64,000 nucleotides of DNA from Thermodesulfobacteriota bacterium (GCA_965204795.1 OZ242012.1:595639-659638); one strand, 5' to 3'. Counted from the stretch's first letter, positions 9,006 to 20,226 are shown. The notes: generated from the letters alone by a model not told the origin. Made by a program: numbers and translations.

Positions 9006-11867
9006 TTATTCCGCTTCGCCGTCCGCCAGGGATTCTTCTAGAAGCAGCGCCACGTGAACCGGGGTCCTCTCCGTGAAATGGGATACCTGCTCCATGCAGG
9101 AGACTCCCGTCACGCACACCCTCTGCCCTTCGTCCAGGTTTCTTATCCTCGGAAAAAGCCCCTTCTCTCCCATCGTTCTGGAAATCTCGTAGTGCTCCTT
9201 CTCGTAGCCGAACCCGCCGGCCATCCCGCAGCACCCCGCGTTGCTCTGCCTCGCGTCGTAGCCCAGGCGCCGAAGAAGCGAGAGGGTATGTCCGAAACCG
9301 CCCCCGGACCTCTCGTGGCAGTGCCCGTGAACGAGCAGTTTTTTCCCCTCGGGCGCCGCCGCGGCTTTTTCCGGCGCTTCCCCCGTCCGGGCGAGTACGA
9401 ATTCGCATACGGAACGGGCGTTCGAGACCACGGCTTCGAGGGCTTCGTCGCGGGGAAGCAGGTCTCTGTATTCGTCGCGAAACGCGGAAAGACAGCTCGG
9501 CTCGGAGAAAACCACCGGCACGCCTTTTTCGGCGTACTCCGAGAGAACGGCCACGTTGTGAGCCGCGTTTTCCCTGGCTTGTTCCACCATGCCGCGCGAG
9601 AGCATCGGCCGCCCGCAGCATTTCCTCCGGCTCTCCAGGGTCACCCGAAATCCCAGGCTCTCGAGCGTTCTCGTGACGGCCTCTCCGATCTCGGGGTAGA
9701 AAAACTCGGACCAGGTGTCGTGGAAATAGACCACTTCCTCTCCCCCCGCGGGCACGCCTCTTTTTGCGGACCACGCGCTGAAAGCCTCTTTCGCCATGCG
9801 GGGCAGGGGCCTTTTCGGCTCGATTCCCGCAAGCGACAGTATCCCGGACGAGAGAAACGTCTCGAACGCCCGGTTGACGACCCGGGGCAGGGCGCTTCGC
9901 CGCAGGCTCGCTTCGTGCACCCCGCCAAGCAGCCTGTCTCTCAGCGTGAATCCCCTGCGCGCCTTGTAGCCCGCAAGAAACTCCGTCTTCATCTTCGCCA
10001 CGTCCACTCCCGAGGGACATTCGCTGGCGCACGCCTTGCATCCGACGCAGAGGTCGAAAACGTCGTGGAAGTCTTTTTCGTACAGGGCGCCCGGCGCGAG
10101 GTTTCCCGCCAGGACCTCCCGCAGAACGTTCGCCCTGGCCCTCGTGGTGTCGCCCTCGTCGAGAGTCGCCCTGTAGGACGGGCACATGATTCCCTCGGCG
10201 GTCTTCCTGCACACTCCCTGTCCGTTGCACATGACCGCGGCCGCGGCGAGACCTCCCTCGCGCGACCAGTCGAGCGCCGCGGGAAAGTCCCCGGGAGCCT
10301 CCCTCAGCCTGAGGTTGGAGTCGGGGGGCGCGCCGTCCACCACCTTTTCGGGATTCAGGATTCCCGCGGGGTCGAACGCGTGCTTTAGCTTCTTCATCAC
10401 CGAGTAGACGTTTTCCCCGAAAAGCCTGCGGTTAAGGTGGCTTCTCTGCAGGCCGTCGCCGTGCTCCCCGCTCATCACCCCCGCGTGGCGAAGCGCGAGC
10501 TCCAGCGCGCCTTCGCAGAGAGCCGTCATCTCGCCCACTCCCCCCGGGGTCGCGAGGTCTATAAGCGGTCTTACGTGCACGCACCCGGCGCTCGCGTGTC
10601 CGTAAAAGGCCGCTCTCAGTCCGAACCCTTCGAGAAGCGAGGTCACGTCCCTGGAGTAGCTGGCCAGGTTCTCGGGGGGAACCGAAACGTCCTCTATGCA
10701 GGGAACGGGCTTTCGCCGCTCCTTTCCGCTCATCAGGATCCCGAGCCCCGCCCGCCTGGCGTCCCATACGTTTTTCTGATCGCCCGGCGAAGTCACCAGC
10801 AGCGCTCCCGCGCCGGGGAAACAGGACCGGGCCGACCGGAGAAATTCCTCCGCCTCGCGCGACGCCGCCCGCCCGTCGTCTCCCTGGAATTCCACCATCA
10901 GAACCGCCTCGGGGCTTCCCTCGACGAACGACACCAGGTGGGCGAATCCCCTGCTTTTTCTCGCGAGCTCGACGAGCGTTCCGTCCATGAGCTCGACGGC
11001 CGAGGGGCCACTGGAGAGAATTTCGGGAACCGCCTCCATCGCCTCGGGGATTTCCCGGAACTGAAGGACGCAGAGGGCGCTTGCGGCGGGCTTTTCGACG
11101 AGATCGAGCTCGAAGTCCGTCGAGACCGCCAGGGTTCCTTCCGAGGAGCCGAGAAGTCTCGCGGGATTGAAATCCTCGTCCAGGAAACGGTCGAGCGAGT
11201 ACCCCGAGGCCCTTCTCCAGTGCTTCGGAAACTCCGCGGCCACCGTCTCCCTGCTTTCTTCCACCAGCGCCGCGAGCTTTGCGAACAGTCCGCCCGCCTC
11301 TTTTCTCCGCCCCTCGTAGTCCTCGCGGGAGAGCCGAAGCGCCGTTCCGTCAGAAAGCGCGACTTTCGAGGAGACGACGTGGTCGCCCGCCATGCCGTAC
11401 AGTATGGAATGGGCCCCGGTGGCGTTGTTCGCGACGGCGCCTCCGACGGTCGCCACGTTCGCGCTTGACGGGTCGGGTCCGAACATGAGTCCGTAGGGCG
11501 AGAGTCTCCTGTTGAGGGCGTCGATGGATATTCCCGGTTCGACCCTGGCTCTTTTCGCCTCCCGGTCCACCTCTATCACCCCGTTCATGTACTTGGAGAG
11601 GTCGAGGATTATTCCTTCTCCCACGGCCTGGCCGGCGAGGCTGGTTCCCGCCCCGCGCGCCGTGACGGACACGCCCCGGGCGCGGGCCTGCGCCAGGGTG
11701 GCGGCCACGTCCCGTTCCGTTCTGGGGATTACCACGGCCTGGGGAAGGATTCTGTAGTTGCTGGCGTCGGTGCTGTAGATGGAGCGGTCGACCGGCGTGT
11801 TTCTTATCTCTCCGGCGATTTTCCCGCGAAGCGCGTCGACGAGGTCCTGTGCCGCGGATTTTTTCAT
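9006..11867 (-). CDS. FAD-linked oxidase fused to Fe-S (4Fe-4S ferredoxin plus CCG-type cysteine-rich) domain. GlcD/GlcF-like fusion, YdiJ/D-2-hydroxyacid dehydrogenase-like.
   Basis: 953 aa. FAD-binding PCMH-type N-terminus (RGAGTSLAGQAV), CVGCKACASECPSG ferredoxin motif, C-terminal KCCG cysteine-rich repeats. Confidence 0.85.
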   Translation of the reverse strand: MKKSAAQDLVDALRGKIAGEIRNTPVDRSIYSTDASNYRILPQAVVIPRTERDVAATLAQARARGVSVTARGAGTSLAGQAVGEGIILDLSKYMNGVIEVDREAKRARVEPGISIDALNRRLSPYGLMFGPDPSSANVATVGGAVANNATGAHSILYGMAGDHVVSSKVALSDGTALRLSREDYEGRRKEAGGLFAKLAALVEESRETVAAEFPKHWRRASGYSLDRFLDEDFNPARLLGSSEGTLAVSTDFELDLVEKPAASALCVLQFREIPEAMEAVPEILSSGPSAVELMDGTLVELARKSRGFAHLVSFVEGSPEAVLMVEFQGDDGRAASREAEEFLRSARSCFPGAGALLVTSPGDQKNVWDARRAGLGILMSGKERRKPVPCIEDVSVPPENLASYSRDVTSLLEGFGLRAAFYGHASAGCVHVRPLIDLATPGGVGEMTALCEGALELALRHAGVMSGEHGDGLQRSHLNRRLFGENVYSVMKKLKHAFDPAGILNPEKVVDGAPPDSNLRLREAPGDFPAALDWSREGGLAAAAVMCNGQGVCRKTAEGIMCPSYRATLDEGDTTRARANVLREVLAGNLAPGALYEKDFHDVFDLCVGCKACASECPSGVDVAKMKTEFLAGYKARRGFTLRDRLLGGVHEASLRRSALPRVVNRAFETFLSSGILSLAGIEPKRPLPRMAKEAFSAWSAKRGVPAGGEEVVYFHDTWSEFFYPEIGEAVTRTLESLGFRVTLESRRKCCGRPMLSRGMVEQARENAAHNVAVLSEYAEKGVPVVFSEPSCLSAFRDEYRDLLPRDEALEAVVSNARSVCEFVLARTGEAPEKAAAAPEGKKLLVHGHCHERSGGGFGHTLSLLRRLGYDARQSNAGCCGMAGGFGYEKEHYEISRTMGEKGLFPRIRNLDEGQRVCVTGVSCMEQVSHFTERTPVHVALLLEESLADGEAE

Positions 11868-11918
11868 CCGGATTCCCGTCCGCCCGAACGTTTCGGGGGA
11901 GAAGGCGAGGGCGGGACT

Positions 11919-13118
11919 TCAGGCTTCACCGTTTTCGAACGTCTTCAGGATTCCGTAGGTGGTGTCCCTCTCGGCGGGTATTCTGCCTATCTCACGTGTG
12001 AGCTTTCGGAATTCCTCGGGAGGAAAGTACTGCCCGTAGCTAGCCCCGGCGAAGCGGGATATCTGCTCCTCCATGAGAGTTCCCCCGAAGTCGTTGGCTC
12101 CCGCGGTGAGGGAGAACTGGGCGAACTCGGGGCCCTGCTTCACCCACGAGACCTGTATGTTGTTTATCCATCCCCGAAGCATCATGCGGGAGACGGCGTA
12201 CATCTTGAGCTGGTCGAGGTCGGTGGGACCCTTTCGCACCTTTCCCTTCGAGTGGGTGAAAAGCCTCGTGTTCCAGGGGATGAACCTGAGGGGAACGAAC
12301 TCCGTGAATCCACCCGTCTCCTTCTGTATGTCTCTCAGGATTCCCAGGTGTATGGCCCAGTGGTGGCGCTTGTCCAGGTGTCCGTACATTATGGTGGAGG
12401 TGGTTCTCATTCCCTCCCTGTGGGCCTTTTTCACCACCCTTATCCACACCTCGGTGGGAATCTTGCGGGGAGCGATGACCTTTCTCACCTCCTCGACCAG
12501 CACCTCGGCCGCGGTGCCGGGAAAGGTGTTGTGTCCCGCGTCTTTGAGCTTTCTTATGAACTCCTCCTCCTCGATTCCCAGGGTCTTGGCCCCGTAGTAG
12601 ATCTCGTAGGGGGAAAAGGCGTGGGTGTGCATGTCGGGAACGGCGCGCTTTACGGTCTTTATGAGCTCCACGTAGAAGTCGCCGTCGATTTCGGGATGCA
12701 TGCCTCCCTGCATGCACACCTCCGTGGCTCCTATCTCCCGCGCTTCCACTGTCCGCTCCGCCACCTCGTCCATGGAGAGAAAGTACGCGCGGTCGTCTCC
12801 CTCGTCGGCCATGAAGTTGCAGAACCCGCAGTACACGTCGCAGATGTTGGTGAAGTTGATGTTCCTGTTGACGACGTAGGTTACGACGTCGCCCACGTCC
12901 TGCTCTCTTATGCGGTCGGCGGCCAGCGCAAGGGCCGCTATCTCGTCGGTGTCCTCGAGGGAGAAAAGATGGACGCCGTCTTCGACCGAGATCTCCTCTC
13001 CGCGAAGCGCGTCGTCTATTATCCTTCCCGCGGCGCCGTTTATCCTGGACATCGCGCCGTCCAGACCGAGCGCCCGCCTCTCCTCTATCGAGTCGATTAT
13101 CCGTTCTATGTCTTCCAT
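11919..13118 (-). CDS. cofH: Radical SAM enzyme, CofH-like (FO synthase subunit 2). The MqnC/MqnE family is the alternative assignment.
   Basis: NRNINFTNICDVYCGFCNF (CxxxCxFC radical-SAM cluster motif); 399 aa. Adjacent to a CofG-like paralog. Confidence 0.55.
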   Translation of the reverse strand: MEDIERIIDSIEERRALGLDGAMSRINGAAGRIIDDALRGEEISVEDGVHLFSLEDTDEIAALALAADRIREQDVGDVVTYVVNRNINFTNICDVYCGFCNFMADEGDDRAYFLSMDEVAERTVEAREIGATEVCMQGGMHPEIDGDFYVELIKTVKRAVPDMHTHAFSPYEIYYGAKTLGIEEEEFIRKLKDAGHNTFPGTAAEVLVEEVRKVIAPRKIPTEVWIRVVKKAHREGMRTTSTIMYGHLDKRHHWAIHLGILRDIQKETGGFTEFVPLRFIPWNTRLFTHSKGKVRKGPTDLDQLKMYAVSRMMLRGWINNIQVSWVKQGPEFAQFSLTAGANDFGGTLMEEQISRFAGASYGQYFPPEEFRKLTREIGRIPAERDTTYGILKTFENGEA

Positions 13119-13126
13119 TCTCTCGG

Positions 13127-14386
13127 TCAGCCGAGGGCGACGTATCCGTCGCCGTCCGTTCTCTCCCTAGCCATGGCGAGCACGCCGGGGTCCATCCACT
13201 CCTCGTCCATGTACTCGGGATACACGGGAAGCCTTTCGCGAAGCTCGTAGCCGAGCGCCCCGACCTCCCTCTCCATTCTCTCCACCTGCGGCCACGGGGC
13301 CTCGGGGTTCACGTAGTCCACGGTGAGCGGCGACACTCCGCCGAGGTCGTTCACTCCCGCCAGCAGGTAGAAGGCGAAGTTCCTGTTGTTCAGGTTCGGG
13401 GGTATCTGCACGTTCATCTCCCCTCCGAACACGAGTCTCGATATCGCGACGGTCTTCATCATCTCGAAAAAGTCCGCCGGGGGATGTCCCTCCATCCTTA
13501 TTCCTTCCTTCGGACTGAAGTTCTGGATTATTATCTCCTGCAGGTGGCCGTACCTCCGCGAGAGCCCGCGCAGGGCGAAAAGCGAGTCTATCCTCTCCTC
13601 CCGCGTCTCGCCTATTCCGACCAGTATGCCGCTCGTCCAGGGAATGCGAAGCTCCCCGGCGCGCTCCATCGTCTCCATGCGGAGCCTCGGAACCTTGTCC
13701 GCGCAGCCGTGGTGGGCGTTTCCCTTCCGAAGAAGCCTGTCGCTTATGTTCTCGAGCATGAGTCCCATGCTGGGATTGCTTTCCCTGAATCCGCGAAGCT
13801 CCTCGGTGGTCGAAAGCCCGAGGTTGGTGTGGGGGAATATCCCGTGGCGAAGTCCCGCCTTTCCCATGTCCATCAGGTACTCGGCCGTGGTCCCGTAGCC
13901 GATTTCCCCGAGCGCGTCGCGGTAGACCCCGTAGACGAGCTCCGGCTTGTCGCCCGTGACGAAAAGAAGCTCCGTGCATCCCGCCCCGGCTCCCTTTCTC
14001 GCCACTTCCTCCACCTCGGCGGGGGTCATGAACAGCTTTCCCTCCCCGGGCTCCGTCTTGAAGGTGCAGTACCCGCAGCGGTCGCGGCAGAGCTGGGTCA
14101 GGGGGACGAACACGTTTTTCGAGTACGTGACCGTTTTTCCCTTCGAGCGGTTGCGCACGGCCGCCGCCGCGAGAAGCAGAAACGGTATTTCCCCGGGAGA
14201 CAGCCGCGCGAGGTACAGGGCGTCTTCGCGTTCGAGAGGCTCGCCGTCCATGGCGTTCGATATCGTCTCCCGGAGCCTCTGCCCGGCTTCGAGGCGCCGG
14301 AGGTCTCCCGCGCCGAAGCCTTCGGCCAGCAGGGCGGCTTCTGACCGCCCGAATGTTTCTTCCCATCTGTCGGAAAACGGCGCCAT
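13127..14386 (-). CDS. cofG: Radical SAM enzyme, CofG-like (FO synthase subunit 1)
   Basis: [24 protein letters not shown] (CxxxCxYC). 419 aa with an N-terminal extension of about 60 aa. Paired with the CofH-like gene. Confidence 0.55.
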   Translation of the reverse strand: MAPFSDRWEETFGRSEAALLAEGFGAGDLRRLEAGQRLRETISNAMDGEPLEREDALYLARLSPGEIPFLLLAAAAVRNRSKGKTVTYSKNVFVPLTQLCRDRCGYCTFKTEPGEGKLFMTPAEVEEVARKGAGAGCTELLFVTGDKPELVYGVYRDALGEIGYGTTAEYLMDMGKAGLRHGIFPHTNLGLSTTEELRGFRESNPSMGLMLENISDRLLRKGNAHHGCADKVPRLRMETMERAGELRIPWTSGILVGIGETREERIDSLFALRGLSRRYGHLQEIIIQNFSPKEGIRMEGHPPADFFEMMKTVAISRLVFGGEMNVQIPPNLNNRNFAFYLLAGVNDLGGVSPLTVDYVNPEAPWPQVERMEREVGALGYELRERLPVYPEYMDEEWMDPGVLAMARERTDGDGYVALG

Positions 14387-14524
14387 GGCCCGAACTTACC
14401 CTCTGCGCGGAAAAACGCGGAACTTGAAGACAAAAATCTCTGGGTTAAGTATCTTATACGGGAAGCGTTCTTGTCAAGAGAAGCGCCCCCGCGCGGGCGC
14501 GGCGCGAACGGAGGAGACGACATC

Positions 14525-16477
14525 ATGGCGAAGCCCGAAGAAGGCGTTTTTCCGGTTCCCGAGGCCATGGCCCGGGAAGCCCTGGTCGACAGGGAGGGCT
14601 ACGAGCGCATGTACCGGGAGTCCGTCGACGACCCCGAGGCGTTCTGGGAAGCCCAGGGAAAGAGAATCGACTGGATCAAACCCTACGCGAAGGTAAAGGA
14701 CGTGAGCTTCGGTCCGGGGGACGTGCGAATAAGGTGGTTTTACGACGGCACGCTCAACGTGGCGGCGAACTGCGTCGACCGCCACGCGGAGGCGACTCCC
14801 GACAGGGTGGCGATCATCTGGGAGGGGGACGACCCCGCCGAGGACAGGAAGTTCACCTACGCGGAGCTAAGAACCGAGGTCTGCCGCATGGCCAACGTGC
14901 TTCGGTCGCTGGGAGTAAGAAAGGGCGACAGGGTGACGATCTACATGCCCATGATTCCCGAGGTGGCGTTCGCGATGCTCGCCTGCGCGCGCATAGGGGC
15001 GGTTCACTCGGTCGTGTTCGGCGGCTTTTCTCCCGAAGCCCTGGCGGGAAGGATAGAAGACTGCGGCTCGGCCGTCGTCGTGACGGCCGACGAGGGGCTT
15101 CGCGGCTCCCGGAAGGTTCCTCTCAAGCGAAACGCGGACGACGCCCTTTCGGCCGGGGCGGGGGAAATAGTGAAGAAGGTTCTGGTGGTCCGCCGCACCG
15201 GCGCCGAAGTGCCGTGGGACGCAGGGCGCGACGTTTGGTATCACGAGGCGGCCGCCGGGGTTTCGGACGACTGTCCGGCGGAAGAGATGGGAGCGGAGGA
15301 CCCGCTTTTCATTCTCTACACCTCGGGTTCCACGGGAAAGCCCAAGGGGGTTTTGCACACAAGCGGCGGATACCTCGTCTACGCGTCCATGACCCACCGG
15401 TACGTGTTCGACTACAGGGAAGGAGATGTCTACTGGTGCACGGCCGATGTGGGATGGGTCACCGGGCACAGCTACATAGTCTACGGGCCGCTCGCCAACG
15501 GAGCCACCACGGTGATGTTCGAGGGCGTGCCGAACTATCCCGACGTTTCGCGTTTCTGGCGGGTGTGCGACAAGCACGATGTCGCTGTGTTCTACACGGC
15601 GCCCACGGCCATACGGGCGATAATGAGGGAGGGAAACGAACCGGTCGAGCGTACCTCGCGGGCTTCGCTTCGCGTTCTGGGCACCGTCGGGGAGCCCATA
15701 AATCCCGAGGCGTGGACGTGGTACCACGAGGTGGTGGGGGATGGCCGCTGCCCGATAGTCGACACCTGGTGGCAGACGGAAACGGGGGGAATTCTCATAA
15801 CTCCCCTTCCCGGGGCCACCGACCTCAAGCCGGGTTCCGCCACGCTTCCCTTTTTCGGCGTCCGGCCGGAACTTGTCGATTCCGAAGGCCGGGTTCTCTC
15901 CGGCGCGGCGGAAGGGAACCTGTGTCTGGCCGATTCGTGGCCGGGGCAGATGCGGACGGTCTACGGGGACCACGAGCGTTTCGTCGAGACCTATTTCTCC
16001 GCGTACCCGGGAAAGTACTTCACCGGCGACGGCTGCCGTCGCGACGAGGACGGCTACTACTGGATCACGGGCAGGGTGGACGACGTGATAAACGTGTCGG
16101 GCCACCGCATGGGAACGGCGGAGGTGGAAAGCGCCCTCGTATCACACCCGGGCGTGGCCGAGGCCGCCGTGGTGGGCTACCCGCACGAGATAAAGGGCCA
16201 GGGCATCTACGCCTACGTCACCCTGAACGCCGGCCGGGAGCCTTCCGAGGAGCTTCGGGGCGAACTGGTGAAATGGGTCAGAAAGGAAATCGGGCCCATC
16301 GCGTCGCCCGACCTGATCCAGTGGGCCCCGGGACTTCCGAAAACGCGCTCGGGCAAGATCATGCGCCGCATACTGCGCAGGATCGCGGCCGACGAGTACT
16401 CCGACCTGGGAGATACCTCGACGCTCGCCGACCCGTCGGTGGTGGACGACCTCATAGACAACCGAATGAACAGGTGA
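14525..16477 (+). CDS. acs: Acetyl-CoA synthetase (AMP-forming)
   Basis: Typical ACS N-terminus ([15 protein letters not shown]), AMP-binding motifs [12 protein letters not shown]-terminal [11 protein letters not shown]. Start chosen at MAKPEEG. Confidence 0.95.
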   Translation: MAKPEEGVFPVPEAMAREALVDREGYERMYRESVDDPEAFWEAQGKRIDWIKPYAKVKDVSFGPGDVRIRWFYDGTLNVAANCVDRHAEATPDRVAIIWEGDDPAEDRKFTYAELRTEVCRMANVLRSLGVRKGDRVTIYMPMIPEVAFAMLACARIGAVHSVVFGGFSPEALAGRIEDCGSAVVVTADEGLRGSRKVPLKRNADDALSAGAGEIVKKVLVVRRTGAEVPWDAGRDVWYHEAAAGVSDDCPAEEMGAEDPLFILYTSGSTGKPKGVLHTSGGYLVYASMTHRYVFDYREGDVYWCTADVGWVTGHSYIVYGPLANGATTVMFEGVPNYPDVSRFWRVCDKHDVAVFYTAPTAIRAIMREGNEPVERTSRASLRVLGTVGEPINPEAWTWYHEVVGDGRCPIVDTWWQTETGGILITPLPGATDLKPGSATLPFFGVRPELVDSEGRVLSGAAEGNLCLADSWPGQMRTVYGDHERFVETYFSAYPGKYFTGDGCRRDEDGYYWITGRVDDVINVSGHRMGTAEVESALVSHPGVAEAAVVGYPHEIKGQGIYAYVTLNAGREPSEELRGELVKWVRKEIGPIASPDLIQWAPGLPKTRSGKIMRRILRRIAADEYSDLGDTSTLADPSVVDDLIDNRMNR

Positions 16478-16621
16478 GGTTTTGCCCGTTACTTCTCCGA
16501 TTCGCGAGTTCGAGCTTGCGGGCCGCTCCCGCGTCTTCATTTGCCTTGGTTGAACTTCCGCCTCGAGAAAGTCGGGGAAAACTTTACAAATTTGCATTTA
16601 TGTTCTATAATTGCAAACAAC

Positions 16622-17752
16622 ATGATAAAACGGACGGTTGAAAGCAGGCTTCTCCGCCTGGCGGGACAGTATCCCGTCGTTACGGTCACGGGGCCCAGGC
16701 AGTCGGGCAAGACGGTTTTATCCAGAAAATGCTTTCCGGAACATCTCTATCTCAATCTGGAGAAACCGGATACGCGCGAATACGCCAGGAAAGATCCCGT
16801 GGGCTTTCTCGCCCAGTCGGAGAAAATGGTTATAGACGAGGTTCAGCGCGTGCCCGACCTTGTTTCCTACGTTCAGGCCGCGGTCGATGAAAGCGGCGAA
16901 GCGGGACGGTTTATTCTGACCGGCAGTCATCAGTTCGGGCTGACCGAAGTGGTCTCCCAGTCGCTGGCGGGACGCACGGTGCTGATAACCCTGCTTCCGT
17001 TTTCACTGAGGGAGCTGGGAGATACATCTCCGTATGAAAACCTGATTTACAGGGGATTCTACCCTAGGATAATAGACAGGAAGCTGAACCCCACCGAGGC
17101 GCTTTCGTTCTACGTCGATACGTATGTCCGGAGAGATTTGAGAGAGATAAAGGAAATCAGGAACCTGAGCCGGTTCGAAGATTTTCTTCGGCTTTGCGCC
17201 GCCAGCGTGGGACAGATGCTCAACATGTCCCGCATGGCGAACGATGTCGGCGTCGCCGTAAATACCGTAAAGGCGTGGATTTCCGTTCTGGAAGCGAGCT
17301 ATGTTGTATATCTGCTCCGGCCGCATTACAGGAATTTCAGAAAAAGAATCGTGAAAACTCCCAAGCTTTACTTCTGCGACGTGGGACTTGCTTCTTATCT
17401 TCTGGACATAAAGAAGGTCGAGCACGTGAAGTCGCACCCGCTTCGGGGAATGCTTTTTGAAAATCTTGTCGTCGTGGAAAAAATCAAGCGGAAGTTCAAC
17501 AACGTCGAACGGCCTTCCCTGTATTTTTTCAGGGACAACACGGGCAACGAGGTCGATCTTCTGGAAGAAGAGGGAAGTCATGTTGTTTCCTACGAGATAA
17601 AAATGGCGAAGACCCTGGACTCGAACCAGTTCAGGGGGCTTAACTTCTACAGGAAGCTCAATCCCGAAAACAGCAGATCGGTTCTTGTTTACACGGGTTC
17701 CGAGAAGACAACCCGGTACGGGCACGAATGCCTGCCTTTCCGGCATGTCTGA
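16622..17752 (+). CDS. AAA+ ATPase of the COG1373 family (AAA_14 plus DUF4143-like C-terminus)
   Basis: Walker A TGPRQSGKT, Walker B MVIDEVQ, C-terminal YFFRDNTGNEVDLL motif. TATAAT-like element upstream. It sits on the left flank of a low-GC islet. Confidence 0.75.
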   Translation: MIKRTVESRLLRLAGQYPVVTVTGPRQSGKTVLSRKCFPEHLYLNLEKPDTREYARKDPVGFLAQSEKMVIDEVQRVPDLVSYVQAAVDESGEAGRFILTGSHQFGLTEVVSQSLAGRTVLITLLPFSLRELGDTSPYENLIYRGFYPRIIDRKLNPTEALSFYVDTYVRRDLREIKEIRNLSRFEDFLRLCAASVGQMLNMSRMANDVGVAVNTVKAWISVLEASYVVYLLRPHYRNFRKRIVKTPKLYFCDVGLASYLLDIKKVEHVKSHPLRGMLFENLVVVEKIKRKFNNVERPSLYFFRDNTGNEVDLLEEEGSHVVSYEIKMAKTLDSNQFRGLNFYRKLNPENSRSVLVYTGSEKTTRYGHECLPFRHV

Positions 17753-17909
17753 TATATACTAATCGGTTGAACCCAAGGTGCTTGAGACCCTGCTACGGTC
17801 TTTGTTTCTTGGCGGATCGCCCGCAGGCCCGGTATACGGGTTGTTCGGAAGAATAACGGCCTGAACGGTTTCTGGCCGAAGCCGTCGAGAATAACGAGGA
17901 GGATATGAG

Positions 17910-18281
17910 ATGGAAATGCCGGAGAAGTTTTCCTTTAGGGTTCTCGAAGAGAAAATTATCAGAAAGCTGTTTTACAAAAAGGATGTTATTAGGAAGCTGC
18001 TTTACAGGGAAGAAGGAGAATATGTAGCCCACTGCCTGGAGTTTGATCTGGTTAACACTTCAACGAGGTCGTTTGAAGAGGCTTCCGCGGAGTTGAATGA
18101 ATTGCTGGAAGACTATGTGAGTTACGCGTGCGAGTACAACGAGTTCCAAAATCTCTACAGGTTCGCTCCCGTTAAATACTGGATAATGCTTCAGTTCGGG
18201 ACGCGTCGCGAAGATTCCTCCGAACAAGAACATGTCAACGTCTGCGACATGACCTACAGAATTGAAACATCCGCCGTGTAG
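17910..18281 (+). CDS. HicB-like / UPF0150-like small protein (RNase H-like antitoxin-type fold); function uncertain
   Basis: 123 aa with EGEYVAHCLEFDLVNTSTRSFEEASAELNELLEDYV, resembling the HicB N-domain pattern. AGGAGGA SD 7 nt upstream. Low-GC DNA. Confidence 0.45.
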   Translation: MEMPEKFSFRVLEEKIIRKLFYKKDVIRKLLYREEGEYVAHCLEFDLVNTSTRSFEEASAELNELLEDYVSYACEYNEFQNLYRFAPVKYWIMLQFGTRREDSSEQEHVNVCDMTYRIETSAV

Positions 18282-18473
18282 ATGCGTCGGGCCGGAGGAC
18301 TCCGCCCGAAACGGAGTTTTCCGCATGTGTTGAGAGAAGCGGCGAGGCTCGGAAAAGATTTACTACGGGGGAAGGTAGAGTTAGAATAATCCAGAGTCTG
18401 TCTTTGCGGAACTTGACGGAACTGTCCAATTTCTGTCAGGGCTGCGGATTGCCGGAGAAGCGGCGGGGGAATT

Positions 18474-19625
18474 GTGAAAAAACACTTTTTCAGATCTCTT
18501 GAGATAGAGAATTTTCGCGGTATCAGAACCTCCAGAATCGACAACTTTGCGAGGGTCAATCTTTTTGTGGGCGAGAACAGCTGCGGAAAGACAACCATTC
18601 TGGAATCGCTGTTCCTTCTGGCGGCCATCCGGGACCCTAGCAGGATGGTTAACATTCAGAATTCCAGAGGAATATATCTTACGGAGCCCAGAGACTTGGC
18701 AGATTTCTTTTTCGAACAGAAGCATGAAAACAATCTGCGTTTAACCGGAACTCATGAATCCGGGAAGAGAGAACTGACAATCAACGCTTTATACAGAGAC
18801 TCGCGTGCTTCTCGAACAGACAGTCAGCAGGAAAATGGAAGCGGAAACAACCATATTCTCAAAGTAAACAACATGGATTCCAAAACGGATGACTGCCTGC
18901 TTGGATTGGGATACACATTCTCGGTTTCCTGCAACGGGGACGGGGGCCCCGACCAGCATAATTCCAAAGTTGTTGCGACTTGGAGCGGTTCTCCTGTCGA
19001 GAGGGCGAGATTCGAAACATATATTGACGAGAAATATAAAGAGAAATCTTTGAACAGCGTTGCCGTGATTAGAGGGTCAAAGGATTCATACGAACACCTT
19101 CCCGTTGACGGCATTGGTAAAATGCTTCAGGAAAAACGTAAAGATATTCTACTGGAAAGTCTTCAGAAGATTGATCCCAGAATCCAGGACATACAGGTCA
19201 GCACTGCAGGAGTTGTTCTCGCGGATATTGGAGTTAAAAGCTTCATTCCTTTGAATCTCCTGGGAGACGGATTGCTTCATATGGTCAATCTTGTTTCTCA
19301 TGTTGACGATACCAGGGGTGGAATTCTGATGATTGATGAATTCGGTTCGGGTTTTCATGTCTCCTGCGTTGAATACATCTGGAAAGTTCTCATAGAGCAG
19401 TCGGGAAAATACGACACACAGGTATTCATGACTACTCACAGCAAGGATGTGGTGGAAGGTCTGGCGGGCTTGCATGAACGGGAACCCGATCTTTTTTCCG
19501 AAGATGGGGACGACGTCGCGTGTTTTTATCTGGGGAAAAACAGCGAGGGTCGAGTGAAAGGATACAGATATTCTCCTGAGGATATAAAGCAAGTTCTGAA
19601 ATCAGACACAGATATTCGCCACTAA
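18474..19625 (+). CDS. OLD/PARIS-AriA-like ABC-type ATPase (AAA_15/AAA_21 family)
   Basis: GTG start. N-terminal LEIENFRGI, Walker A GENSCGKTT, Walker B ILMIDEFGSGFH, H-loop TTHS. 383 aa, low GC. Confidence 0.85.
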   Translation: MKKHFFRSLEIENFRGIRTSRIDNFARVNLFVGENSCGKTTILESLFLLAAIRDPSRMVNIQNSRGIYLTEPRDLADFFFEQKHENNLRLTGTHESGKRELTINALYRDSRASRTDSQQENGSGNNHILKVNNMDSKTDDCLLGLGYTFSVSCNGDGGPDQHNSKVVATWSGSPVERARFETYIDEKYKEKSLNSVAVIRGSKDSYEHLPVDGIGKMLQEKRKDILLESLQKIDPRIQDIQVSTAGVVLADIGVKSFIPLNLLGDGLLHMVNLVSHVDDTRGGILMIDEFGSGFHVSCVEYIWKVLIEQSGKYDTQVFMTTHSKDVVEGLAGLHEREPDLFSEDGDDVACFYLGKNSEGRVKGYRYSPEDIKQVLKSDTDIRH

Positions 19626-19626
19626 A

Positions 19627-20226
19627 ATGTCTCAGAAAGTGTGTATTTTTGTTGAAGGGAAGGAGGATTCTAATTTCCTGGAATCCTACGTTGGTTATCT
19701 GGGCTATGAACTGCCGGAAATAAGACCCATAGGCGGGAAAGACAATCTTAAAGGGAATCGTCTGGAGATTGCCAAAAAATTAGATGAAGAAGACGCAAGG
19801 GTGCTGATTGTATTTGACGCCGATGATGATTATGGGAAGACGAAAGATGAGGCAAAGAGAACTATCCAAGACAAGGTGCAGGTAAACGACGGAAATTCCC
19901 GTCTGGATTTTTTTCTTTTCCCCAACAATCAGGACTCGGGAAACCTGGAAGACCTGCTCGAAAAAATCATAAAGTCCGAACACAAGGGTATCTTTGATTG
20001 TTTTGAAGCCTACAAGGAATGTCTGACGGAGCGGGACCCTTCTTACCTCCATCCGGACAAGAAGGCTAAAATTTATACATACAAGCAATCTCTGGGAGCA
20101 GTGAGAGAAGGGAGAGAATATCATTTCAGTCCGAAATACTGGGAATTCGAGAACAGTTCTCTCGACCCGCTGAAAAGTTTTCTTTGCGAGAATTTTCGCA
20201 AGAGCGGTCTGGAAAAAGTACGATAG
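19627..20226 (+). CDS. Small Toprim-like protein (DUF4276/DUF4435-like by recollection), putative nuclease partner of the ATPase
   Basis: 199 aa. ATG is 1 nt after the ATPase TAA. Toprim-like acidic motifs CIFVEGKEDSNFL (conserved E) and LIVFDADDD (DxD). Confidence 0.6.
   Translation: MSQKVCIFVEGKEDSNFLESYVGYLGYELPEIRPIGGKDNLKGNRLEIAKKLDEEDARVLIVFDADDDYGKTKDEAKRTIQDKVQVNDGNSRLDFFLFPNNQDSGNLEDLLEKIIKSEHKGIFDCFEAYKECLTERDPSYLHPDKKAKIYTYKQSLGAVREGREYHFSPKYWEFENSSLDPLKSFLCENFRKSGLEKVR

Noticed and set aside
16622-17752. DUF4143 ATPase as part of the adjacent OLD/PARIS-like system
   Set aside because: It lies in high-GC DNA outside the compositional islet, has its own promoter-like element and belongs to a widespread stand-alone ATPase family. 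Co-function with the islet is unsupported.
17753-17909. A HicA toxin partner upstream of the HicB-like ORF
   Set aside because: No ORF with a HicA-like (dsRBD, about 60 aa) sequence was found in any frame of the 157-bp upstream region.
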